Below, piece by piece: positions 10,695-23,879 of a DNA stretch of 64,000 bases; positions within the stretch are counted from its first letter, which is position 1, and every line of letters begins with the position of its first letter. The notes beneath the pieces are model-generated. The model made no database searches. It saw only the letters and a program-made list of their open reading frames with translations, and had not been told where the DNA came from. The DNA comes from Malacoraja senta (taxonomy: Eukaryota). The DNA is taken from positions 806,001 through 870,000 of the forward strand of contig CM075990.1 in assembly GCA_038087875.1 (NCBI GenBank). Direction: 5' to 3'. The position numbers and the translations under genes were made by a program.

Positions 10695-13020
10695 CGTGAC
10701 TAGTGTTGTGCCTCAGGGTTCGATGCTGGACCCGTTACTGTTTGTCATCTACATCAATGATTTGGATGAGAACATGCATGGCCAGATTAGCATGTTTGCA
10801 GATGACACAAGAGTGTGTGGTATTGTGTAAAGATTTGTTTTTACTTCAAACAGATAACACAATAATTAGTAATAAAGCAATAAAATCTTTATTTTGCCCA
10901 GGTGGGTGTGGCAGTAAACTCTTACAGTGTATACAATACAAACTATAGAGTCACTCTATCCCCATACCAAGAGGTAATGTTCAATCAGATATATTTATAC
11001 CCCAATAATCAGCAATTCAGCAATACTTTATCTTGCAGAGCATTGCACATTGAAGGTAACGCCCCTTCCCGGGGGAGCAGGAGTATAAAACCCCGGATGC
11101 CTGGACGTGAGTGAGTCACTCTGGAAGATCGTGAGGGAGAGGCCACAACTGTGATTCTGCTGTGAGTCAAATGAACTGTGAGTCAACTGAACTGTGAGTC
11201 TACTGAACTGTGAGTCTACTGAACTGTGAGTCTACTATGTGCTTGCAATACATGCTTTGTTACCCCGCAATGTGGTTGCAACAAATGATGTTTGGTTAAC
11301 CCTTTATGTGCTTGCAATAAATGCTTTGTTACCCCGCAATGTGGTTGCAATAAATGATGATTGGTTAGCCCTTAATGTCCTTGCAATAAATGGTTTGTCA
11401 GCCCCCACTGTGTTTAATCCAAAGGTCCCGCTAATTCCGTAACTTAGGCTGAGTGGACAGGTCGCACTGATTGCGAACGGTCCGCTAAGTGCAGAGGTCA
11501 CACTGATTGCATAACTTCTGCTAAGTGCAGAAGTCATGCTGATTGCGGAAGTGCAGCTAACTGCGGAAGCCCCACATTGGCGAGGCCGAGCTCAGCCGTG
11601 TAGTTGATTCAAGAAAGTTTACTGACATATATATGGTGTGCGAGTCTCTGTGTGTGTGTGTGTGTGTGTGTGTCAGAGTGTGTGGTGTGTGTGAGTGTGT
11701 TGTGTGTGTGTGAGTCTGTGTCTGTGTATGTGTGTGTGTGAGAGTGAGATTGAGAGTGAGTCTGTGTGTGTGTGTGGGGGGTGGAGGGTGTGTGTGAGGT
11801 GGAGGCTGTGTGTGTGAGTGTGTGAGGTGGAGGGTGTGTGTGTGACTTGAAATGGATTGGCTTCACTTGAAATGGATTGACTTGACTTAACTTGAAATGG
11901 ATTGACTTGACTTGAAATGGATTGAAATGTATTGTTTGCCCTGCACTCACTGTGCTTGACTTGACTTGACCCACAACACCCATGCTAGCACTCCAGAAAG
12001 CACCCCCCCCCCCCCCCCCCCCACTGGCCAACAATATTGGAATTGGTGGAGAGGTCGAAAATTGCGTTGGGGGACCAGCCCTCCCGTGTGAAGCTGGGAC
12101 ACAAAGGGTCCCACTTAGTCTAGTTGCTTCTAAATCTACAGCTGAATCAATTTTGTAACTTTAAAATATTTAAACTTTCTCATTGTGGATAGTGAAGATG
12201 GTTGTCAAAGATTGCAGCAGGATCTAGATCGGTTGGCCAGGTGGGCTGAAGAATGGTTCATGGAATTTAATACAGAGAAAGTCTTGGAAAGTCTAGGGAA
12301 TGGTAAGGCTCTGGTGAGTGTTATAAAGCAGAGGGTTATAGGGTGCATGTGCATAGTTCCTTGAAGGTGGCATCACAGGTAGATATGGTGGTCAAAGGCT
12401 TTTGTCATATGGGCCTTCATCAGTCAGACCATTGAGTATAGAAGTTCGGATATCATGTTAGAATTACATAAGACGTTGGTAAGGTCGTATTTGGAGTATT
12501 GTGTTCAGTTCTGGGCACCATGTTATAGGAAAGATGTTATCAAGTAGGCCAGGGTACAAATATTCACAACAATGCTGCCAGGACTTGAGTGTCTGAGCTA
12601 TAGGGAGAGATTGAGCAGGCTAGGACTTTACTCCGTTGTGCAGGTGGATGAGGGTGATCTTATAGAAGTGTATAAAATCATGAGAGAAATAGATCGGGTA
12701 GACGCACAGAGTTCCTTGCCAGAGTAGGAGGGAATCGAGAATCAAAGGTAAAGGGGAAAAAACTTTAATAGGAATCTGATTGTTGATTTTTCCACACAAA
12801 GCTTGGTGGGTTTATGGAGATGACCTGCCAGACGAGTAATGAGGCAGGGAGTATCGCAATGTTTAAGAAACAATTAGACAGTTACATGGATAGGATTTAG
12901 ATGGATATGGGCCAAATGTAGACATGTGGCGGGGACTAATGTAAATGAGACATTTTGGGACGGTGTGAGCGCGTTGGACCAAAGGGCCTGTTCTCTACGT
13001 TGTATGACTCTATGACTCTA
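10695..13020 (+). mobile_element. Old CR1 LINE 3' half, split by an insert at about 10828-12181
   Basis: VPQGSMLDPLLFVIYINDLD..FADDT coding at 10700-10825 resumes at 12182 (attgtggatagtgaagatgg); ends with (atgactct)n tail. Confidence 0.8.
11050..12123 (+). mobile_element. Non-autonomous Helitron, second copy, lacking the 5' end
   Basis: Homologous to 3478-4615; 3' hairpin gggacacaaagggtccc then acttagtCTAG followed by T; contains a (GT)n tract at 11650-11845. Confidence 0.75.
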
Positions 13021-13144
13021 AGTGGAGAATTGGATCGCTCTGAGAGCTGTCACTGATACGATAGCAACATAGCAGAAGGACATTTGCCCTATGAAATGAA
13101 GTGAAAATTTTAGCCAACTCGTCCAGAAGCAGATATAGACGGAA

Positions 13145-14488
13145 AAAAAAGCCAAGGAATTACTGGTCTTAATGACTACAGGCTTGTCGAGAACTAACCT
13201 CGGTAATCATGAATATCCTTGGAAAGACGTGGTGACCCACATGAAATATATCACCAACAATGGACCCCCTGCAGTTTGCCTACCGGGCCAATTGATCAGT
13301 GGATGACGCAGTCAACCTAGGCCTGCACTTCATCCTCCAGCACCCTAGACTGCCAGGGGACCAATGCAAGGATTCTGTTTGTGGTTTTTTAGCTCTGCGT
13401 TTAACACCATTGTGCCAGAGCTACTACACTCCAAACTATCCGAGTTGACTGTGCCTGAAGCCCTCTGTCAGTGGATCACCAACTTCCTGACAGACAGGAA
13501 GCAGCAATGTGAGGCTGGGAAAGTATATCCCGGACCTGCTGACCCTCAGCATAGGAGCACTGCAAGGCTGCGTGCTCTCCCCTCTCCTTTACTTTCTCTA
13601 CACCAATGACTGCACCTCAACAGACTCCTCTGTCAAGCTTCTCAAGTTTGCGGACGAAACAACTCTGATTGGACTGATCCAGGATGGGGAGGAATCTGCC
13701 TACAGACAGGAAGTGACACAGCTGGCGTCCTGTGGTGCCATCACAACAACCTGGAGCTCAATGCTCTTAAAACAGTGGAATTGATTGTAGACTAGGAGAG
13801 CTCCCCCTCCCCTCCCCCCACTCACCATCAACAACACCACAGTCACATCTGTGGAGTCATTTAAGTTCCTTGGAAACATAATCTCCAGGGACCTTAAATG
13901 GGGGGGCTACCATCGACTCCACAGTCAAAAAGGCCCAACAGAGGAATGTACTTCCTACGGTAGCTGAGAAAACACAATCTGCCACAGGCAATGATGGTCC
14001 ATCATAGAGTCTGTCCTCACCTTCTCCATCATGGTCTGGTTTGGCTCAGCCACCAAGCACGGCATCCGGAGGCTGCAACACATCATTCGATCAGCTGAGA
14101 AGTTTGTTGGCTGCAACCTCCCCCCCACCCCCCCCCCATTGATGAACTGTACACTGCAAGGCCCAGGAAGCGAGCGGGAAGATCATCTCTGACCCCTCTC
14201 ACACTGGCCACAAACTCTTTCAACTACCGTCTGGGAGGCGGACTCCGGACTGTCAAAGCTGCCACAGCCAGTCATTAAAACAGTTTTGTTCCACAAGCAG
14301 CTCTACTCAACGGCCAAAAGTCTGTAGCCTCTTTTTACTCTGGTATTTTATTTTCACATGTTTAAATTATAATGTTTTAATATTAATTGTCTACTGTATA
14401 TCATGTTTTTTATCCTTGCGAGCAAATCACCAAGGCAAATTCCTTGTGTGAATATATACTTGGCTAATAAAATAAAATGTATTATTCA
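13145..14488 (+). mobile_element. Rex1/Babar LINE, 5'-truncated, decayed
   Basis: [34 protein letters not shown]; 3' caaattccttgtgtg..tacttggctaataaa. Confidence 0.88.
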
Positions 14489-14675
14489 TATAGACATGGA
14501 AAATGAGTTTATACCAAGTGCACGGATAAGGAGGAACAGACAGCAGCCCACTGATGGAGGTTCCCCACTGACCTCTCCAGGATGACAGTACCAATTCAGA
14601 GCAAGGAGATCCAGCCAAAATAGACACAAAAAGCTGGAGTGCTGGAGTAACAGTGGGACAGGCAGCATCTCTGGA

Positions 14676-16272
14676 GACAATAGACAATAGGTGCAGGAGT
14701 AGGCCATTTGGCCCTTCGAGCCAGCACCACCATTCAATGTGATCATGGCTGATCATCCCCTAATCAGTACCCCCGTTCCTGCCTTCTCCCCATATCCCCT
14801 GACACCGCTATCTTTAAGAGCCCTATCTAGCTCTCTCTTGAAAGTATCCAGAGAACCGTCCTCCACCGCCCTTTGAGGCAGAGAATTCCACACTCACAAC
14901 TCTCCGTGAGGAAAAAGTGTTTCCTCGTCTTCGTTCTAAATGGCTTACCCTTATTCTTGAAATGTGGCCCCTGATTCTGGACTCCCCCAACATTGAGAAC
15001 ATGTTTCCTGCCTCTAGCGTGTCCAAACCTTAATAATCTTATATGTTTCAATAAGATTCTCTCTCATCCTTCTAAACTCCAGAGTATACAAGCCCAGCCG
15101 CTCCATTCTCTCAGAATATGACAGTCCCACCATCCCGGGAATTAACCTTCTAAACCTACGCTGCACTCCTCAATAGCAGAATGTCCTTCCTCAATTAGGG
15201 AACCAAAACTGCACACAATACTCCAGGTGTGGTCTCACTTGCGCCGTATACAACTGCAGAAGGACCCTATACTCAACTCCTCTTGTTATAAAGGCCAACA
15301 TGCCATTCGCTTTCTTCACTGCCTGCATGCTTACTTTCATTGACTGATGAACAAGGACCCCCAGATCCCATTGTACTTCCCCTTTGCCCAACTTGACAAC
15401 ATTTAGATAGCAATCTGCCTTACTGTTTTTGCTACCAAAGTGGATAACCTCACATTTATCCACATTAAAATGCATCTGCCATGCATCTGCCCACTCACCC
15501 AACCCGTCCAAGTCACCCTGCATTCTCATAGCATCCTCCTCACAGTTCACACTGCCACTCAGCTTTGTGTCATCTTCAAATTTGCTAATGTTACTTTGAT
15601 CCCTTCATCTAAATCATTGATGTATATTGTAATAGCTGCGGTCCCAGCACCGAGCCTTGTGGTACCCCACTAGTCACTGCCTGCCATTCTGAAAGGGATC
15701 CGTTAATCCATACTCTTTGTTTCCTGTCTGCCAACTAATTTTCTATCCATGTCAGCACTCTACCCCCAATACCATGTGCCCTAATTTTGCCACTAATCTC
15801 CTATGTGGGACCTTATCAAATGCTTTCTGAAAGTCCAGGTACCCTACATCCACTGGCTCTCCCTTGTCCATTTTCCTAGTTACATCCTCAAAAAATTCCA
15901 GAAGATTAGTCAAGCATGATTTCCCCTTCGTAAATCCATGCTGACTCGGACCGATCCTGTTACTGCTATCCAAATGTGCCGCTATTTCATCTTTTATAAT
16001 TGATTCCAGCATCTTCCCCACCACCAATATCAGGCTAACTGGTCTATAATTCCACAGGAACTGATCCTGAATCTATAGAACATTGGAAAATGATCACCAA
16101 TGCATCACAATTTCTAGAGCCACTTCCTTAAGTACCCTGGGATGCAGACCATCAGGCCCTGGGGATTTATCAGCCTTCGGTCCATCAGTCTACCCAGCAC
16201 CATTTCCTGCCTAATGTGGATTTCCTTCAGTTCCTCCGTCACCCCAGATCCTCTGGCCACTGGTACATCAGG
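14676..16272 (-). mobile_element. CR1 LINE (ctattgt-tail subfamily) inserted into a Penelope pLTR
   Basis: ORFs 15752-16027 (YLDFQKAFDKVPH) and 15191-15550; tail agacaatagacaatagg; pLTR halves at 14618-14676 and from 16273 onward. Confidence 0.9.
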
Positions 16273-17525
16273 AAGAGTTGGAATGGGTGACGTTTTGAGT
16301 CGTGTCCCTTCTTCAGACTGGTTATGAATAAGGGAAACAAGAGATATGGATGTTGATGTAGAGAGATAAAGAACAATGAATGAAAGATATGCAAAAAAGT
16401 AATGATGATAAAGGAAACAGGCCATTGTTAGTTGTTTGTAGGGTGAAAATGAGTAGCTAGTGTGATTTGTGTGAGGTGAGGGGTTAGAGAGAGGGAATGT
16501 TGGGGCTACCTGAAGTGAGAGAAATCAAAATTCATACCACTGGGCTGTAAGCTGCCAAGCAAAATATGAGATGCTGTTCCTCCAATTTGTGTTTAGCCTC
16601 ACTCTGACAATGGAGGAGTCCTAGCACAAAAAGGTCTGTGTCCGGAATGGGAAGCAGAATTTAAATGTATAGCAACCGGGAGATCAGGTAGTTCAGGCGG
16701 GCTGAGCAAAGGTGTTCTGCGAAATGATCGCCCGGTTCTACGTTTGGTCTCGCCGATGTATGAGTCCACATCTTGAACAACGGATACAGTAGATGAGGTG
16801 GAGGAGGTGCAAGTGGGCCCTCTGCCTAACCTGAAAGGACTGTCGGGGTGCCTGGACTGAGTCGAGGGAGGAGGTACAGCAACAAGTGTTGCATCTTCTG
16901 TGGTTGCAGGGTAGGTACCTGAGGGAGGAGGTGGTTTGGAAGGGAAGGGACGAGTTAAGGCCCTATCCCACTCTCCCGAGTTACTCACGAACACTCCCGA
17001 GTTTTCCCCTTGATTCGAACTCGGGAATGTCAGCTAATGTCGGTAGCAAGCTCGTAGGAGCCCAATGGAGTCCATAAATGTTTTGTAGCGGCTCGTAATG
17101 CCCCGTAGGAACTCGGGGCATCAGGTAAGTCAGGACTTTTTTTCAATATGTTGAAAAATGTCCACGAGTTTAAAAAAATAGCCCTGAGTACCTACGAACG
17201 GCTATTACCGTAATTCTCCGAGTTCGAATCAAGGGGAAAGCTCGGGAGAGTTCGTGAGTAACTCGGGAAAGTGGGACAGGGCCTTTAACCAGTGAGTTGC
17301 GGAGGGAATGTGGCTAGTGTAGAATCCCGTTGAAGGTGGAGGAAATTTCAGAGGGTTATGTGTTGTATGTAACGGCTGATGGGGTAAAAGGTGAGGACTC
17401 TGTCTCTGTTGTGACTAGGGGGAGGGGGAGCAAGGGCGAAGCTGCGGGGTATCGAAGGGACACGAGTGAGGGCCTCATCTATGATCAGAGAGGGGAACCT
17501 TCGTTCCCTAAAGAATGAGGGAACT
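16273..17525 (-). mobile_element. Penelope-like element (pLTR plus GIY-YIG), split by a MITE
   Basis: YIGETKRR motif; colinear with 5121-5880; pLTR at 16280-16500. Confidence 0.85.
16958..17284. mobile_element. PIF/Harbinger-type MITE nested in Penelope
   Basis: TIRs aggccctatcccactctcccgagttactcacgaac and its reverse complement; TTA TSD at 16955-16957 and 17285-17287; removal restores gggacgagttaaccag, matching the Penelope at 5575-5590. Confidence 0.92.
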
Positions 17526-17956
17526 TTATCAATCAGCAATGTAAAACACAGGGCTCATAATATGTCTAATTAGAATTCCATTCATGTAGAATTAATAAAA
17601 CATAAATGAACAGGATTTGTGACTGTCACTTATTTCATCAGTTATCCTGTCTAACAAGTATTTACACATATTTTAAGCACCGAGAACACTGATCTGATGT
17701 TAATAAAGTGTTGTTGGTTCACGAATTTATGGTTGTCTTTGCAGTTGTCTTTTCGCTCAGATGTTATTACAAGGTTGGAGAGCAAATGTTAATTACAAGT
17801 CAAGCAGTTTGATGAGACAGATTCAGGCGGTATTAGCTCCTCTGCAAGGATGGGAAGACAAATAGGGGGCCTTCCTGATCGGACGCTGCCAGAAAGTGTT
17901 GTGGACCTGCTATTCAGGAATCTCGTCAAGGTCCAGCTCTGGCACATGCCTTTAAA

Positions 17957-18462
17957 GAAACATAGAAAATAGGTGCAGGAGGAGTAGGCCATTTGGCCCT
18001 TCGAGCCAGCTGATCATGGCTGATCATTCAAAATCAGTAAACGGTTCCTGCTTTCTCCCCATATCCCTTGATTCCGTTAGCCCAAGAGCTGTATCTAACC
18101 TTTTGAAAACATCCAGTGAATTGGCCTCCCACTGCCTTCTGTGGCACAGAATTCCACAGACTCACAACTCTCTGTGTGAAAAAGGTTTTCCTTATCTCAG
18201 TCCTAAATGGCCTACCCCTTATTCTTAAACTGTGACCTCTAGTTCTGGACTCCTCCAACATCGGGAAAACAAATTTCCGCATCTAGCCTATCGTAAAGAA
18301 TTCGATATGTTTCTGTAAGATATCCTCTCATCCTTCTAAATTCAAGTGAATATAAGCCCTGTTGACCCATTCTTTCACCATATGTCAGTCCCACCTGTTC
18401 CGGGAATTAACCTGGTGAACCTACGCTGCATTTACTCAATAGCAAGAATGTCCTTCCTCAAA
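17957..18462 (-). mobile_element. CR1 3' fragment
   Basis: SRTRGHSLRIRGRPFRTEIRKTFFTQRVVSLWNS; tail gaaacatagaaa. Confidence 0.85.
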
Positions 18463-18514
18463 CTAGTGGAAGGAGAATGCCGACTATTGATGTCCACACC
18501 TGGTTATACATGGA

Positions 18515-19360
18515 AACGTTCAAGATTCAAGAGAGTTTATTGTCATGAGTCCCTGATAGGACAATGAAATTCTTGCTTTGCTTCAGCACAACAGAACATT
18601 GTAGGCATGACGTTCAGCACAGGAATAGGCCCTTCGGCCCACAATGTTTGTGCCGAACATGATACCTCGTTAAACTGATCTTATCTGCCTGTACATGATC
18701 CATATTCATTTATTCCCTGCACTTCCAAGTACCCATCTAAAAGCCTCTTAAACACCACCATTGTATCTGCCTCACTATCACCCTTGGCAATGCTTTCCAG
18801 GCCTCCATAACTCTGTGTAAAAATCTTGCCTGTGCATCTCCATTAAATTTCCTCCCGCTCACCTGATAACTGTGCTCTCTAGTGTTGGACATTTCCTCCA
18901 GGGTAAAAAGTTTCTGTCTGTCTATCCTATCTATTCCTCTCATAGTTTTATGTACTTCGATCATCTCCCCTCAACCAACATTCCAGAGAAAGCTATCCAA
19001 GTCTCTCCAATCTCTCCAAATGGGTCATTCCTCTACAGGAATTATGTGAGGCAGAATATCCACCTTCCACTACAACCCTCCGACATCTATGAATAAGCCA
19101 GTTTCAAAACCATATGACCAAGTCATTGTGTATCCCGTACATCTTAGTCTTCTGGATCAGCCTACCATGAGGGACCTTATCAAAAGCCTTACTAAAATCC
19201 ATGCATACAACATACACCATCGTTCCTTCATCAATCATTTTTGTTACCTCCTCAAAAAACTCAATCAAGTTAGTAAGACATGACTTGCCACACACAAAAC
19301 CTATCCCTAATTAGCCCACTCTCTTCCATATGGGTGTAAATCCTATCTCAAAGAATTTTC
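18515..19360 (-). mobile_element. Rex1-type 3' tail (18515-18612) followed by old CR1 fragments
   Basis: 18515-18612 is the reverse complement of 40143-40240; ORFs KSCLTNLIEFFEEVT and MDFSKAFDKVPHGRL. Confidence 0.75.
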
Positions 19361-19369
19361 TCCACATCC

Positions 19370-20560
19370 CCAGCGGCGGACCTCCCTCCAGCCTCGCTAG
19401 CCAGCACGCTGGCGGTGTTGTTGTTAGCCAGCGAGCTAGGAGTGCTGTTGCCTGTCTCGAATCGTGCGTATAAAGAGTTCCGGTCATCGGCTAGGGAGGT
19501 GCTGGCACTACTGGTTGAGGGGGAGCTGCTCCGGTTGTTAGTTATAGTCCGTAGCCCCTGCCAAAGGGGTCTGGTGTCCTGTTGCTCTATCTACGACTCC
19601 ATCCTGTCCCTGTACCTCCTTTTTGCGTCCTTCACCGCCCTTCACAGTCTGTAGGACTCTGCCTTGTAGTCATCCATGTTGCCGGATGCCAGGCCAGAGT
19701 TGTAAGCAGCAGTGTGAGCATTCAAGACAACGCGAATGGACTTGTCCACCCAGGGTTTTTGGTTAGGAAAGATGCTAACCCTTACCGTGGGGACGATATT
19801 ATTGGCTATTGTTGCAATGAAGTCCATGACCGCTTCCGCGAACTCACTGACGTCTCTGGAACTTGCTTGGAACATATTCCAGTCGACATCACAGTGCATC
19901 CTGCAGCATGGCCTCTGAATGGTCAGACCACTGCTTTACATCCCTCGTCACTGCCACTTCCCGTACTATCCGTTGTTTATACTCCGGCAGCAGGAAAATG
20001 GCAGCGTGGTCAGATTTTCCACAAGGAGGGAGTGAAACAGCCTTGTAGCCTTTCCTGAACGGCATGCAGCAGTGGTCCAAAGTTCTTTCGCCCCTGGTGG
20101 CACACGTGATGTGTTGGCAGAAGTTAGGCATGAGCTTTTTGAGATTTGCCTTACTAAAATCTCCAGCCACCACCATAGCCGCATTAGGGGTCTTGTTCTG
20201 ATGCCGACATAACACATTGTGTAGGGCTTATAGTGCCGCGTCAGTGTCCGCATGCTCCAGGTCCGGCGAGCAGGAACGAGAAAGTGTCTTAATATTCCTA
20301 GGGTTGCACCAGTCATTGTTAGTCATGAAGCAAACTCCTCCACCCTTGGATTTCCTGGATTCTTCCGTTCTGTCCGCACAGAAAACAGTGAAGGACTCGG
20401 TTGGGCAGATTACTTGATCCGGCACCAGCGGGGTCAGCCATGTCTCGGTCAGACAGAAGATGTTGCAGTCTCTTATGTCCCGCTGGAATCTGATCCTCGC
20501 CCCAAGGTCATCCATCTTGTTCTCCAGGGACTGGACGTTCGCCAGAAGATCGACTCCCAC
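19370..20560 (-). mobile_element. Rex1/Babar LINE, APE endonuclease region
   Basis: LLANVQSLENKMDDL, CLTETWL, KSKGGGVC, VAGDFSKANLK, GKSDH, FPNQKPWVD. Confidence 0.88.
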
Positions 20561-20611
20561 ATGTCATCTGTGGACTTACCAAATAACGACTGATCCCAAT
20601 CTACCCTCCTT

Positions 20612-23049
20612 AGATACATAGATACATAGAAAATAGGTGCAGGAGTAGGCCATTCGGTCCTTCGAGCCTGCACCGCCATTCAATATGATCATGGCTGATC
20701 ATCCAACTCAGTATCCCGTACCTGCCTTCTCTCCATATCCCCTGATCCCTTTAGCCACAAGGGCCACATCTAACTCCCTCTTAAATATAGCCAATGAACT
20801 GGCCTCAACTACCCTCTGTGGTAGAGAGTTCCAGAGATTCACCACTCTCTGTGTGAAAATGTTTTTCCTCATCTCGGTCTTAAAGGATTTCCCCCTTATC
20901 CTTAAGCTGTGACCCGTTGTCCTGGACTTCCCCAACATCGGGAACAATCTTCCTGCATCTAGCCTGTCCAACCCCATAAGAATTTTGTACGTTTCTATAA
21001 GATCCCCTCTCAATCTCCTAAATTCTACCGAGTATAAGCCAAGTCTATCCAGTCTTTCTTCATATGAAAGTCCTGACATCCCAGGAATCAGTCTGGTGAA
21101 CCTTCTCTGCACTCCCTCTATGGCTATAATGTCCTTCCTCAGATTTGGAGACCAAAACTGCACGCAATACTCCAGGTGTGGTCTCACCAAGACCCTGTAC
21201 AACTGCAGTAGAACCCCCCTGCTCCTATACTCAAATTCTTTTGCTATGAAAGCTAACATACCATTCGCTTTCTTCACTGCCTGCTGCACCGGCATGCCTA
21301 CTTTCAATGACTGGTGTACCATGACACCCAGGTCTCGCTGCATCTCCCCATTTCCTAATCGGCCACCATTTAGATAATAGTCTGCTTTCCTGTTTTTGCC
21401 ACCAAAGTGGATAACCTCACATTTATCCACATTATACAGCATCTGCCAAACATTTGCCCACTCACCCAGCCTATCCAAGTCACCTTGCAGTCTCCTAGCA
21501 TCCTCCTCACAGCTAACACTGCCCCCCAGCTTAGTGTCATCCGCAAACTTGGAGATGTTGCCTTCAATTCCCTCATCCAGTTCATTAATATAAATTGTAA
21601 ATAGCTGGGGTCCCAGCATTGAGCCTTGCGGTACCCCACTAGTCACTGCCTGCCATTGTGAAAAGGACCCATTTACTCCTACTCTTTGCTACCTGTTTGC
21701 CAGCCAGTTCTCTATCCACATCAATACTGAACCCCCAATACCGTGTGCTTTAATTTTGCATACTAATCTCTTATGTGGGACCTTGTCGAAAGCCTTCTGA
21801 AAGTCCAGATACAACACATCCACTGGTTCTCCCCTATCCACTCTACTAGTTACATCCTCGAAAAATTCTATAAGATTCGTCAGACACGATTTACCTTTCG
21901 TAAATCCATGCTGACTTTGTCCAATGATTTCACCACTTTCCAAATGTGCTGCTATCTCATCTTTAATAACTGACTCTAGCAGTTTCCCCACTACCGATGT
22001 TAGACTAACTGGTCTGTAATTCCCCGTTTTCTCTCTCCCTCCCTTCTTAAAAAGTGGGGTTACCTTTGCTACCCTCCAATCCTCAAGAACTACTCCAGAA
22101 TCTAAAGAGTTTTGAAAAATTATCACGAATGCTTCCACTATTTCTGGAGCTACTTCCTTAAGTACTCTGGGATGCAGCCTATCTGGCCCTGGTGATTTAT
22201 CGGCCTTTAATCCATTCAATTTACCCAACACCACTTCCCGACTAACCTGGATTTCACTCAGTTCCTCCATCTCCTTTGACCCGCAGCCCCCTGCTATTTC
22301 CGGCAGATTATTTATGTCTTCCTTAGTGAAGACGGAACCAAAGTAGTTATTCAATTGGTCCGCCATATCCTTGTTCCCCATGATCAATTCACCTGTTTCT
22401 GACTGCAAGGGACCTACATTTGTTTTAACTAATCTCTTTCTCTTCACATATCTATAAAAACTTTTGCAGTCAGTTTTTATGTTCCCTGCCAGTTTTCTTT
22501 CATAATCTATTTTCCCTTTCCTAATTAAGCCCTTTGTCCTCCTCTGCCGGTCTCTGAATTTCTCCCAGTCCTCTGGTATGCTGCTTTTTCTGGCTAATTT
22601 GTACGCATCATCTTTTGCTTTGATACTATCCCTGATTTCCCTTGTTATCCACGGATGCACTACCTTCCCTGATTTATTCTTTTGCCATGAACAATTTTTG
22701 TAGTTCATCCATGCAGTCTTTAAATGCCTTCCATTGCATATCTACCGTCAACCCTTTTAGAACTAATTGCCAGTCAATCTTGGCCAATTCACGTCTCATA
22801 CCCTCAAAGTTACCTTTCTTTAAGTTCAGAACCGTTGTTTCTGAATTAACAATGTCACTCTCCATCCTAATGAAGAACTCAACCATATTATGGTCACTCT
22901 TGCCCAAGGGGCCACGCACAACAAGACTGTTAACTAACCCTTCCTCATTACTCAATACCCAGTCTAGAATAGCCTGCTCTCTCGTTGGTTCCTCTACATG
23001 TTGGTTTAGATAACTATCCCACATGCATTCCAAGAAATCCTCTTCCTCA
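20612..23049 (-). mobile_element. Young CR1 (HER1-like) LINE, 5'-truncated
   Basis: Three frameshifted ORF2 pieces: 22674-23060 (PLGKSDHN), 21689-22708 and 20708-21646 (FADDTKL); 3' stem-loop and tail. Confidence 0.95.
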
Positions 23050-23060
23050 TGACATTGCAA
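20708..23060 (-). pseudogene. CR1 ORF2 (EN C-terminus plus RT) with two frameshifts
   Basis: Consecutive 128, 339 and 312 aa ORFs in different frames. Confidence 0.9.
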
Positions 23061-23317
23061 TCTGCCTTTGCCTCAATTAAGTACCTTCTGATAAATATCA
23101 GGACCTGTCTCAATCCAAAACAGTGTTAAAATGTGTGCAGTTGTGATCACGATCCAAAAAATTATTCTACCACCTCGCTTCCCAATTCAAGATCCAGCAT
23201 GCTCCCTCCTCAGTCAGATTATCCATATACCATAAGAAAAGCTGCTTGGTTTCACCTAACAAAGTCTGCCCCATCTAATCATCTTGCCCTGAGTAAGTCT
23301 CAGTCAATAATGTGGAT

Positions 23318-23622
23318 TTAAGGTGAAGGGGAAAAGTTTAAGTTGAAGAGGAAAAGATTTAACAGGACTCTGAGGGGTAACTTTTTCACACAAAGGATGG
23401 TGGATGGATGGAACAAGCTATCAGAGGAGGTTGTTGAGGCTGGGACTATCACAACATTTGAGAAACAGTTAGACAGGTGCATGGATGGGACAGGTTTGGA
23501 GGGATATGGACCAAACGCGGGCAGGTGGGACTAGTGTAGCTGAGAAATGATGGCCGGTGTGGGCAAGTTGGGCCGAAGGGCCTGTTGCCACGCTGCATCA
23601 CCCCATGTCTTTATGACTCTAA
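23318..23622 (+). mobile_element. CR1 3' fragment
   Basis: RGNFFTQRMVDGWNKL..EGYGPNAGRWD; tail gggccgaagggcctg..atgactcta. Confidence 0.8.
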
Positions 23623-23879
23623 GTTAAGGTTATCCATTAAAACAACTGTGTGCTTCTTACATCTTTCCCTAATTTGTCTACATATTGATCCTCTATCTCC
23701 TGCTGGCGATTGGCTGTCCTATAATATAATCCCATTAGAGTATTTGCCCCTTTCTTATTTTTGAGTGCAAGCCATTACACCTCAGTAGACATCAAAGCTC
23801 CGCTCTATGATCTTTGGTAGACGTACCCTCCAGTATGTACTCACTGAGTTACACTGTGACAATCACCCTGATTAGCAAA

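Noticed and set aside
17745..17992. Possible host exon after a polypyrimidine-AG, and the minus ORF 17789-17992
   Set aside because: No recognisable protein and no consistent donor/acceptor pair; the ORF start lies in a CR1 tail
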